This document shows positions 24,656 through 32,000 of a DNA stretch of 32,000 bases, piece after piece. Every line of letters begins with the position of its first letter. Position 1 is the first letter of the stretch. The position numbers and the translations under genes are program-made. Location: the NCBI RefSeq assembly GCF_000354175.2, contig NC_022359.1, forward strand, positions 1,470,001-1,502,000. Direction: 5' to 3'. The notes beneath the pieces were generated by a model that was not told where the DNA came from, did not search any database, and saw only the letters and a list, made by a program, of their open reading frames with translations. Origin of the DNA: Vibrio alginolyticus NBRC 15630 = ATCC 17749. Its GTDB lineage: Bacteria > Pseudomonadota > Gammaproteobacteria > Enterobacterales > Vibrionaceae.

Positions 24656-24660
24656 CTCCC

Positions 24661-24689
24661 AAAAAAAAGAGCGCCGATTGACGCTCTTT
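24661..24689 (-). terminator. Intrinsic terminator of the 24712-25761 gene, abutting the IS insertion site
   Basis: Minus strand reads AAAGAGCG-UCAAUCGG-CGCUCUUU then UUUUU, an 8-U run in total. The IS target duplication begins 3 nt past the U run. Confidence 0.85.
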
Positions 24690-24711
24690 CCGAACTCTAA
24701 TAGATAACCAA

Positions 24712-25761
24712 TTATGCGGTTTCTGCTTCACCTATCCAATGATAATGGTGGTTGGCTTTTTTCCCCACTAAACCGAGCTCTGCCAATTCTTCAAATACCT
24801 TGTCTACCTCTTCCGCAGACAGCCTAAACTGTTTAGCAACGGCTTTTTTGGTGCACGTAATTTGATGCGTTTTAAGTGCATCACTAACTTGCTCTAACAA
24901 GGTTTTCGGTTCCTTTGGTTCTTCTGGCTCCGGCGCAGCTGGTATTTCTTGCTCTTCTTCCTCTTTTATATGAGGAAGATAACCCGCAGGCGCTGGGTCT
25001 ATATCGCGAACTGTTTTCAATATCATGCCCTCATTTCTGCGATAGAAATATCGGAACCGTTGCTCTTCACCAATCAAGCCAACAAAAAATGCAGCAAAGA
25101 AGTCCAAAAGAATCGAAAGAAATACAACCAAGCCAAGCTGAGCTTGCTGAGAGGTGGTACCAAATGCGTTGGCTAGGCTATCAATCAAACCAATCACTGA
25201 GCCTTGCGTAACCGGCGGTAAACTATCACGCTCCATAGCCAAGCGTTGCTGCTCTTCACGTAAGGCTTTGTTTTGATCCTGAATGCGAGTTACACCAGTC
25301 GCGATACGCTCCATCTCGATGTATTTCTGCGCTGCCATATTGTTGAGCTCAATCTGCTTATCGATTGCCGCAATCTGACGATTAAACGCTTCCACTTTCG
25401 CCTGCTCTACCGAAATATGACTTTGTGCACTATTGGTTGCACTATTAATCCCACCAATACTACCGCCAATGGAAATCGCAGCTAAGACTAAATAAAACAC
25501 GAGAGCGGTTGCGGCTCCTGTGTAGTTGCGATGGGCTCGGCGCTCACCGTATTCATACCAAGCGTAAAATTTACCCGCTTCAAAAATGATCGCTAAACCA
25601 CCAAATAAGGTTTGCATCATCGGGTTTTCGTCGATCGACAAAAACAGCAATAGAGAAAAAATAGTCGATGCTAAAATCGCAGCACCGGTGAATGCATATA
25701 CACTCACCATGGCAAATCGACCTTTAGGGTATCGATATCCAATCTGTTGTTCGTATTTCAT
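24712..25761 (-). CDS. Hypothetical membrane protein: 3 TM helices, ~80-aa coiled coil, 1 TM helix, acidic Pro/Glu linker, wHTH-like C-terminal domain
   Basis: 349-aa ORF with its own terminator and a 439-bp upstream region. Hydrophobic segments at about residues 18-41, 48-68, 82-105 and 208-230. Heptad-rich VEQAKVEAFNRQIAAIDKQIELNN...ALREEQQRLAMERD. The linker is EEEEQEIPAAPEPEEPKEPK. I do not recognise a family with confidence. Confidence 0.7.
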   Translation of the reverse strand: MKYEQQIGYRYPKGRFAMVSVYAFTGAAILASTIFSLLLFLSIDENPMMQTLFGGLAIIFEAGKFYAWYEYGERRAHRNYTGAATALVFYLVLAAISIGGSIGGINSATNSAQSHISVEQAKVEAFNRQIAAIDKQIELNNMAAQKYIEMERIATGVTRIQDQNKALREEQQRLAMERDSLPPVTQGSVIGLIDSLANAFGTTSQQAQLGLVVFLSILLDFFAAFFVGLIGEEQRFRYFYRRNEGMILKTVRDIDPAPAGYLPHIKEEEEQEIPAAPEPEEPKEPKTLLEQVSDALKTHQITCTKKAVAKQFRLSAEEVDKVFEELAELGLVGKKANHHYHWIGEAETA

Positions 25762-26200
25762 TTGAGAAATTTCTTAAGATTAATCGCCCCTCCGACTAAG
25801 TAGGACGGACGTTTCTGGCATGTACAAAGGAGCGCAGAATACCGTATCCTTTATTAAATTACTGTCATAATTCCGTTAATGGAAAACAAGTGAAGATTCG
25901 GTGTGCATTTTGAATCGATATCAGCCAAATCTAGCACGTAAAAACACCACCACGACACCCACTAACCGAAGCTTCAGTGGCATATAAGAGAGATTAATTC
26001 GGTATCTTCAAAAGCGACTAGGCAAGACTGACAAGTTGAATTGGAGGTTGTGAATGTCAGCCGAATCAAAACATTAAAGCGTTAAAAATAGGCAATAAAA
26101 CAAATAATGCACACTTGCATCACCTTTTAGTAAACTGATAATTACATTGTTTGGTTAATTTGTTAGTATCCCGCGCCGAAGAAGATAAGCACTCAATTGT

Positions 26201-26662
26201 ATGGAAAACACTCTAATACAGCACAAACACCATCGCTTGCACGCTATTGCGGTTATTATCGCGGTGTTGTTTCAGTTGTATTTAGCGTCCACAGCCGCTC
26301 TTAACCCTACACAAGTTCACAGCACAACTTGGCTCAACAAAGTCCAAAGTGAAAAGGTTTTACTGTGTACCGCAGATGGTTTCAAATGGGTGGATATCAA
26401 TACGTTGATTGAGGCTAACGCTCAATCTTCTTCTAAGCTCATCCAAGATCTTAACTTACACGACGGCTTTCAGTTTGAATGTCCGCTTCTTCAAGCTGTT
26501 CAATTCTTTCTTCTGGTTGCGATTGGGCTTTACCTGACAACCATCCATTGGCTGCGCCGAGTAAAGTATGCACTGACGACTTATCACTTTTCAAAATGCG
26601 ATAAGCTCGTTTACAAACACATCGCGCCTAAGCACTCTCCGCCGAGTGTTTTTCCTGCCTAA
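26201..26662 (+). CDS. DUF2946-like small membrane protein (copper-associated family), tentative
   Basis: 153 aa. His-rich N-terminus (HKHHRLH) followed by a TM helix. Cys-containing motifs LLCTADGF and FECPLL resemble the conserved Cys pattern of DUF2946 proteins, which commonly sit next to PCu(A)C genes. The family call is from memory. Confidence 0.45.
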   Translation: MENTLIQHKHHRLHAIAVIIAVLFQLYLASTAALNPTQVHSTTWLNKVQSEKVLLCTADGFKWVDINTLIEANAQSSSKLIQDLNLHDGFQFECPLLQAVQFFLLVAIGLYLTTIHWLRRVKYALTTYHFSKCDKLVYKHIAPKHSPPSVFPA

Positions 26663-26755
26663 CAGGCATCTAATCATTGACAACTTTATTCAAAAATAAC
26701 GATGACTCTGTTTGTTGTCCATTCAGAGAAGCTATTAATTCAAAAGGAAAAACAC

Positions 26756-27229
26756 ATGCTTAAATCATTAAAAACCGCCGCTATCGCGCTTATTGCTGTC
26801 ATCGCTAGCCCACTGAGTTTAGCGCACGATTATGAAGCAGGAAAAATTCATATCGACCATCCATGGAGCCGCGAAGCGCCACCAAACGCACCTGTTATCG
26901 GTGGTTTTTTTCAATTAACCAACCACGGTGACAGTGAAGATGCATTGATCGCAGCAGAAAGCCCAATCGCAGGGCATGTCGAAATTCACACGCATAAGAA
27001 AGAAGATGGTGTGATGAAAATGATTAAGATTGACGAAGTGCGCGTTCCAGCCAATGACTCAGTGTTGTTTAAGCCAGGCAGCTTCCATTTAATGATTTTT
27101 AACCCAACACAAACTCTTAAAGAAGGCGACCGCTTCCCTATGACGTTAACATTCAAAAACGCGGGTAAAGTGGAAGTAGAAATGGCGGTTGAAAAACAAG
27201 GTCACATGGAAAAACACATGCACCATTAA
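26756..27229 (+). CDS. Periplasmic copper chaperone PCu(A)C (DUF461)
   Basis: The ATG at 26756 (AAGGA 8 nt upstream) gives signal peptide MLKSLKTAAIALIAVIASPLSLA. Conserved His/Met ligand region HVEIHTH...GVMKM...SFHLMIF. His/Met-rich tail GHMEKHMHH. Confidence 0.9.
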   Translation: MLKSLKTAAIALIAVIASPLSLAHDYEAGKIHIDHPWSREAPPNAPVIGGFFQLTNHGDSEDALIAAESPIAGHVEIHTHKKEDGVMKMIKIDEVRVPANDSVLFKPGSFHLMIFNPTQTLKEGDRFPMTLTFKNAGKVEVEMAVEKQGHMEKHMHH

Positions 27230-27244
27230 TGACGTAAACAAAAG

Positions 27245-27271
27245 TGCCCGCTGATTTAGCGGGCATTTTTA
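27245..27271 (+). terminator. Intrinsic terminator after the PCu(A)C gene
   Basis: TGCCCGCT-GATTT-AGCGGGCA followed by TTTTTAT. Confidence 0.85.
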
Positions 27272-27766
27272 TCTCAGCTTAGTCAAAATCATTATTCCGG
27301 TAGATCCTAACTCGACTCTTCAGAATAATGGTGATGAATAACGCTCGGCGAAACGGGGTCACATATCATAACAGCGTGCTCGGGCAAGAGATTCTAAATC
27401 ACGCTCGTCCCTCACTATTCAGAATGACCTTGAAAGACTTAAGATCCTAAAAAGGTTCCCTACCCGCTTAAAACTCAACCTCTCGACAAAGTTCTCCAAC
27501 CATCACTTGGCAAGCCTAAATGAAATCATAAGTTTGGCAACAAAGACCCACTGTTAATCGGCTTTCTTTCTACTTGCAACAAACCTCGGCCCAACGAGCT
27601 AAGCCCGCAGCTATAAGCTCAATTGTTTATATATCCCGATTATCCTGACTAGATACAAATCATGCACGACCGTAAAAGTCGATATATGCCACTGGATGAG
27701 TCAGCATCTAAAGAAAGTACGTGATCGACTTCTCATTGTTGGTGTTTCTCTGTTTATTAAAACCAT

Positions 27767-27780
27767 TTGTATTACAATAA
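27767..27780. promoter_or_regulatory. Shared motif TTGTATTACAATAA (palindromic core TTGTA-T-TACAA), copy 1, 56 nt upstream of the SDR gene
   Basis: This 14-mer is identical to 28763-28776. The t.GT.n.AC.a core is GntR-operator-like. It overlaps a possible -35 (TTGTAT, 17-nt spacer, TTAAAT). Confidence 0.35.
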
Positions 27781-27835
27781 TACTCTATGTTAAATAAAAA
27801 TCCTTTCCAACTCTACAACATGAGAGAACACCATT

Positions 27836-28591
27836 ATGTCTACTAAAATTGCATTTATTTCTGGTGCTACTGGCGGTATCGGCTTCCAAGTAGCAAAGCG
27901 TCTTGGTCAGGATGGATACACGGTCATTCTAAACGGCATTGAAGATGAAAAAGGTTCGGAGTGTGTCTCCAAACTACATAACGCAGGAATTGAGGCTGAA
28001 TACTACGGTTTTGACGTTACAGATGAACATGCCGTCGATGAAAACATCAATGCTATTGGTGAAAAATACGGCAAAATCGATGTTGTCGTTAATAACGCAG
28101 GTGGTCTTGGTGGTCGTAGTCCTATTGAAGGTATGGAAACTGATTTTTTCCGTAAAGTCATGGCTTTAAACCTCGATAGTGCATTCTTCGTATCACGCGC
28201 AGCGATTCCATTTCTAAGAAAGTCTGATAATGCATCAATTATCAACTTCACTTCAAACGCTGCTTGGAATGCAGGTGGTCCAGGTGCAGGTATTTACGGT
28301 ACATCAAAAGCCGCCGTTCATACATTAACTCGCGCTTTAGCTAAAGAGTTAGCTCCGGCTGGAATTCGTGTCAATGCAGTATCTCCTGGCACTATCGATA
28401 CACCATTCCATGCTCAAATCAAAGCAACCAAGCCTGAAGTATTTGCTTCTTGGGCAGACAGTATTATGCTTGGACGCCTAGGCCAGCCAGAGGAAGTCGC
28501 CTCTGCTATCTCTTTTCTGGTAAGTAAAGATGCATCATTCATTACCGCAGAAACACTGCAAATTGGTGGTGGTCAAGCTTTAGGCATTTAG
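27836..28591 (+). CDS. Short-chain dehydrogenase/reductase (SDR) family oxidoreductase
   Basis: 251 aa with the TGxxxGIG cofactor motif (SGATGGIGF), NNAG, and catalytic S...YGTSK. Confidence 0.9.
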   Translation: MSTKIAFISGATGGIGFQVAKRLGQDGYTVILNGIEDEKGSECVSKLHNAGIEAEYYGFDVTDEHAVDENINAIGEKYGKIDVVVNNAGGLGGRSPIEGMETDFFRKVMALNLDSAFFVSRAAIPFLRKSDNASIINFTSNAAWNAGGPGAGIYGTSKAAVHTLTRALAKELAPAGIRVNAVSPGTIDTPFHAQIKATKPEVFASWADSIMLGRLGQPEEVASAISFLVSKDASFITAETLQIGGGQALGI

Positions 28592-28647
28592 TACCAATAA
28601 GTCTTTTTACCTATCAGTAAGTACGCTTTAGTACTGATTTGATAACG

Positions 28648-28671
28648 GCCGCAGTATGTTTGTACTGCGGC
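28648..28671 (+). terminator. Hairpin after the SDR gene (possible weak terminator)
   Basis: GCCGCAGTA-TGTTTG-TACTGCGGC, a 9-bp perfect stem, followed only by TTATCC, a poor U tract. Confidence 0.45.
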
Positions 28672-28762
28672 TTATCCTTATACCACCTCGCCTTTCACCC
28701 CATCTGGAACGTTTCACCCATTTTTGGTATAGACAGTATTCCTCTAGCTGAAACAAAATCAC

Positions 28763-28776
28763 TTGTATTACAATAA
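28763..28776. promoter_or_regulatory. Shared motif TTGTATTACAATAA, copy 2, 245 nt upstream of the beta-hydroxyacid dehydrogenase gene
   Basis: This 14-mer is identical to 27767-27780 and has the same orientation relative to the downstream gene. Confidence 0.35.
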
Positions 28777-29020
28777 ATCTTATTTTTACGTTATTTAAGC
28801 CTCCTAAAGGCTTTGTTCACGATAAAATGGAAGCGTGATGAATCCGCTTTTCTTATATACACTGATGAATAAAACCCCCACAAACCTTACTTACATCTCA
28901 CTTTTAGAAAAAATCCATCCCAAGCCCGCTATGCTCATAATTTTCAATTGCAAAAGCCACAATAGTCATTATGATTACTAACAAGCAATATAATCATACA
29001 ATAGTATTTTTGGAGTTAAA

Positions 29021-29902
29021 ATGACTAAACCTATCATTGGTTTCATCGGCCTAGGCTTGATGGGCGGAAACATGGTTGAAAACCTACAGAAACGTGGTTA
29101 CGAAGTTGCTGTAATGGACCTCAATAAAGATGCTGTTGACGCAGTACTAGCTCGTGGAAACGCTTCTGAAGCTTCTTCAGGTAAAGAGCTAGCAGAGAAA
29201 AGTGATATCGTGATGCTGTGCCTAACAACATCTGAAGTTGTCGAAAAAGTTGTTTACGGAGACACTGGTGTTCTAGCTGGCATGTCAGAAGGTAAAACAC
29301 TCATCGACTTCGGTACATCTATTCCAGCTTCAACGAAGAAGATTGGCGCTGACCTTGCTAAGAAAGGGGCTGGTATGATTGATGCGCCTCTAGGTCGTAC
29401 ACCTGCCCACGCAAAAGATGGTTTACTGAACATCATGGCCGCAGGCGACGTCGAAACATTCAATAAGGTTAAGCCAGTGCTGGACGATCAAGGTGAAAAC
29501 GTATTCCACCTTGGTGCGCTAGGTTCTGGTCATGTGACTAAGCTAGTAAACAACTTCATGGGTATGACAACAGTAGCGACCATGTCTCAGGCATTTGCGG
29601 TTGCTAAACGTGCTGGCGTTGATGGTCAACAACTATTCGACATCATGTCTGCTGGTCCATCAAACTCACCATTCATGCAGTTCTGTAAGTTCTACGCTGT
29701 AGATGGCGAAGAGAAGCTTGGTTTCTCTATTGCAAACGCAAACAAAGACCTTGGTTACTTCTTAGAGATGGTAAAAGACCTAGGCACTGAGTCTCTTATC
29801 GCAGAAGGGACTTCTAAGAGTCTACAAGCTGCAGTGGACCAAGGTCTTGGTCAAAACGACGTACCAGTGATCTTTGATTACTTCGCAGAGCTAGAAGCTT
29901 AG
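29021..29902 (+). CDS. NAD(P)-dependent beta-hydroxyacid dehydrogenase (3-hydroxyisobutyrate / tartronate-semialdehyde reductase family)
   Basis: 293 aa. N-terminal GFIGLGLMGGNM Rossmann motif, DAPLGRTP, and the catalytic-Lys region GSGHVTKLVNN. Confidence 0.9.
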   Translation: MTKPIIGFIGLGLMGGNMVENLQKRGYEVAVMDLNKDAVDAVLARGNASEASSGKELAEKSDIVMLCLTTSEVVEKVVYGDTGVLAGMSEGKTLIDFGTSIPASTKKIGADLAKKGAGMIDAPLGRTPAHAKDGLLNIMAAGDVETFNKVKPVLDDQGENVFHLGALGSGHVTKLVNNFMGMTTVATMSQAFAVAKRAGVDGQQLFDIMSAGPSNSPFMQFCKFYAVDGEEKLGFSIANANKDLGYFLEMVKDLGTESLIAEGTSKSLQAAVDQGLGQNDVPVIFDYFAELEA

Positions 29903-29922
29903 TCACACTCAGTTGTAACTAA

Positions 29923-29955
29923 AAGCCCAGCTACCAATGTAGCTGGGCTTTTTTT
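29923..29955 (+). terminator. Intrinsic terminator
   Basis: AAGCCCAGCTAC-CAAT-GTAGCTGGGCTT followed by TTTTTTG. Confidence 0.9.
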
Positions 29956-30330
29956 GTTTTTCCCCAGACGCTCATCACTCCTTGATACCCTAGCCACTCC
30001 TTTAAAGTTTTGCAGGGCAGCCTCTTCCAATTCTCTTATATATTTTCCACTCACACTTCAAAACCTCTCTCCTATTTCTGGCGTACGCCTCATTAAAGCT
30101 ACGTCTGATTTAATGCTTTTTCTTTGCTAAGAAGGCACACATATTTATTTAAATAGACAAAGCATCAGGTTTGGGGTGTAAAGTGTAAACACGGCGTGCA
30201 AAGAAAGTTAGATTGCTTTTTCGCTTTAGGCTGACGACTCTAATGTGAATATAGTCGCACCTTATTGGGAGTTCCCCAATACAACGAATAACAACAAACG
30301 ATGCGCCACGCTTTCTCAGTCAGCTTGATC

Positions 30331-30366
30331 AAAAAATCCCACGGCTTTAACACCGCGGGATTTTTC
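30331..30366 (-). terminator. Intrinsic terminator of the symporter gene (A/T runs on both sides, possibly bidirectional)
   Basis: Minus strand reads AUCCCGCGG-UGUUAAAG-CCGUGGGAU (one G-U pair) then UUUUUU, 22 nt after the stop at 30388. Confidence 0.75.
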
Positions 30367-30387
30367 ATTGAGAGTCTTTAACTTTGG

Positions 30388-32000
30388 TTAGCTTTTCGCG
30401 TTAGCTAACTTTGGGCTTTTAGGCCCTCGGGCTGCGTTCACCAATAGAACACCCACCGAGAGAACAATCGCACCACACAAGATAAACAGTAGTCGACCAG
30501 ATGGTTCATTTGGAATTAGAGCCATAGCTAGGATACCGAAGCCCGCTACGCTGATAAGCTTACCAAGCATGCCGCGCTGTTTTGTATCTAGGTTCTGCTG
30601 CTCTTCGCTGTCAGCCACAAGTGGCGTATTCCAGTTCTCGAACAATTGGTCCACTTCTTTCTCACGTTCAAGTGATAGACCTTTGTAGAAGCGCGTTGTC
30701 AGCAAGAAGAAACCACCGGTGAAGATAACGTGTGCCGCTAAGCTCAAGCCAACTTTTAGGTCTGCCCACTCACGTCCTGTAAACGCTTGCTCTAGACCGA
30801 ATAGGCGCTCTACATCTTCTGCTTGTAGTGAGATACCGAAGATGTAAGAAACAAAGCCACCAACAACCAGTGTTGCCCAACCAGCCCAATCCGGCGTCTT
30901 ACGAATCCACATACCAAGTAGTACAGGAATCAGCATTGGGAAACCAATTAATGCACCGACGTTCAGTACGATATCGAACAGGCTCAAGTGACGTAGTGAG
31001 TTAATGAATAGACCGATACCAATGATGATGAAGCCCATCACGATAGTCGTTGCTTTACTCACGATAACCAGTTCTTTTTGCGACGCTTGTGGACGCACAA
31101 TCGGGCTGTAGAAGTTCATCACAAAGATGCCCGCGTTACGGTTAAGACCAGAGTCCATTGAAGACATGGTCGCCGCAAACATTGCTGACATCAGAAGACC
31201 CACCATACCTGCTGGCATTACGTTTTGTACGAATGCTAGGTAAGCTGCATCACCACCTACTGAGCCGTATTGCTCTGCGAAATCAGGCATAAATGCCGCA
31301 ACGTACCAAGGTGGTAGGAACCAGATGATAGGACCAACAATCATCAGCACACATGCAAGACCTGCAGCTTTACGTGCGTTTTCACTGTCTTTTGCACATA
31401 AGTAGCGGTAAGCGTTGATGCTGTTGTTCATGACACCGAACTGTTTAACAAAGATGAACACAACCCAAAGGATAAAGATACTGAAGTAGTTCAGGTTGTT
31501 ACCCAGCATGAAGTCGCCGTGGAAGTTCGACACGATGTTGCCAATACCGCCACCATGGAAGTATGCCGCCACCGCACAAGTGATCGTCACTGCCATGATA
31601 ACCAGCATCTGCATAAAGTCAGATGCAACAACTGCCCAAGAGCCACCCGTTACCGCCATTAGCATTAGCACTAAACCCGTAACGATGATGGTCGCTTCCA
31701 TAGGAATGTTGAAGACCGCTGCCACGAAAATCGCAAGACCATTCAACCAAATACCGGCTGAGATCAAGCTGTCTGGCATACCAGCCCAAGTGAAGAACTG
31801 CTCTGAAGTCTTACCAAAACGTTGACGAATTGCTTCAATCGCCGTCACTACACGTAACTGACGGAACTTTGGAGCAAAGTAGAGATAGTTCATGAAGTAG
31901 CCAAATGCGTTGGCTAAGAATAGGATTACAACAACGAAACCGTCATTGAACGCGCGTCCTGCGGCACCTGTAAACGTCCATGCTGAAAATTGCGTCATGA
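30388..32000 (-). CDS. Sodium:solute symporter (SSS) family transporter, C-terminal ~535 aa (N-terminus probably beyond the right edge)
   Basis: The frame is open to the window edge. The protein is polytopic. The track's first Met (31998) falls inside what looks like an early TM region (SAWTFTGAAGRAF...), so the true start is probably outside the window. Confidence 0.85.
   Translation of the reverse strand, partial: MTQFSAWTFTGAAGRAFNDGFVVVILFLANAFGYFMNYLYFAPKFRQLRVVTAIEAIRQRFGKTSEQFFTWAGMPDSLISAGIWLNGLAIFVAAVFNIPMEATIIVTGLVLMLMAVTGGSWAVVASDFMQMLVIMAVTITCAVAAYFHGGGIGNIVSNFHGDFMLGNNLNYFSIFILWVVFIFVKQFGVMNNSINAYRYLCAKDSENARKAAGLACVLMIVGPIIWFLPPWYVAAFMPDFAEQYGSVGGDAAYLAFVQNVMPAGMVGLLMSAMFAATMSSMDSGLNRNAGIFVMNFYSPIVRPQASQKELVIVSKATTIVMGFIIIGIGLFINSLRHLSLFDIVLNVGALIGFPMLIPVLLGMWIRKTPDWAGWATLVVGGFVSYIFGISLQAEDVERLFGLEQAFTGREWADLKVGLSLAAHVIFTGGFFLLTTRFYKGLSLEREKEVDQLFENWNTPLVADSEEQQNLDTKQRGMLGKLISVAGFGILAMALIPNEPSGRLLFILCGAIVLSVGVLLVNAARGPKSPKLANAKS

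Noticed and set aside
26054-26077. A 7-codon mini-ORF (MSAESKH) with a strong GGAGG 6 nt upstream, ~125 nt before the DUF2946-like gene. It could be a leader peptide.
   Set aside because: The ORF is too short to separate from chance, and I could see no associated attenuator or terminator structure. It is listed only for completeness.
25762-26200. A sigma54-like TGGCAT at about 25836 in the divergent intergenic region.
   Set aside because: The downstream -12 position reads AAGG rather than TTGC, so there is no valid -24/-12 pair.
27662-27806. A possible TetR-like regulator remnant. A 20-codon ORF (MHDRKSRYMPLDESASKEST) is followed in another frame by KVRDRLLIVGVSLFIK, which resembles the TetR N-terminal R-E/D-R-I-L-x-A-x-x-L-F pattern.
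   Set aside because: Only about 15 residues look similar, and no HTH continuation follows (it reads ...TICITIILYVK-stop). It would need a frameshift plus truncation. This is too weak to call without a blastx search.
1-32000. Search for CRISPR arrays, tRNA/rRNA genes, integron attC/VCR-type repeats and long tandem repeats.
   Set aside because: No regularly spaced direct repeats, cloverleaf-compatible segments or rRNA-like conserved blocks were seen in any intergenic region. The largest non-coding gaps (13.1-13.7, 25.8-26.2, 27.3-27.8, 28.6-29.0 and 30.0-30.4 kb) contain only short hairpins.

Overview
The window looks like a chromosomal segment from a marine gammaproteobacterium. Gene content suggests Vibrionaceae, but that is inference and no search was run. 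It has three parts.

(1) 1-11.05 kb, all on the minus strand: a complete assimilatory nitrate/nitrite cluster. It contains nasA, cobA, a TrpD2/YbiB-like gene, a Tat-signal dienelactone hydrolase, an ANTAR (NasT-like) regulator, nrtA, nrtB, an ABC ATPase and the 5' part of nirB, which runs off the left edge. Two leader regions stand out, one upstream of nasA and one upstream of nrtA. Each has a sigma54-type -24/-12 element, a strand-specific intrinsic terminator just before the RBS, and short hexaloop hairpins (A at loop position 1, G at position 4) whose 3' arm overlaps the terminator's 5' arm. This is the ANTAR antitermination architecture.

(2) 11-23.3 kb: a mixed accessory-like stretch.
- a GNAT acetyltransferase and an SdaC/TdcC-like transporter
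- an unannotated 32-codon membrane ORF
- a periplasmic-TPR GGDEF cyclase with a coupled lipoprotein
- a propeptide-less kexin-like S8 protease followed by a 151-aa secreted protein that looks like an external I9-type chaperone (the Aeromonas ASP/ORF2 arrangement)
- an SRPBCC+GyrI-like fusion
- an OmpR-type two-component system divergent from a DUF5666 lipoprotein, with a perfect 10-bp tandem direct repeat at 11-bp phasing between them

(3) 23.3-32 kb:
- an intact IS3-family element (IRs, 3-bp CTC duplication, A_AAA_AAG frameshift site)
- an orphan membrane / coiled-coil / wHTH-like protein
- a DUF2946-like + PCu(A)C copper pair
- two dehydrogenase genes that share a palindromic upstream motif
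- the 3' part of a sodium:solute symporter, running off the right edge

I found no rRNA, tRNA or CRISPR array. Nothing here can be proven new from sequence alone. The best candidates for follow-up are the two nas leaders, the TrpD2/hydrolase genes embedded in the nas operon, the 24.7-25.8 kb membrane protein, the small ORF at 13.2 kb and the TCS/DUF5666 module.
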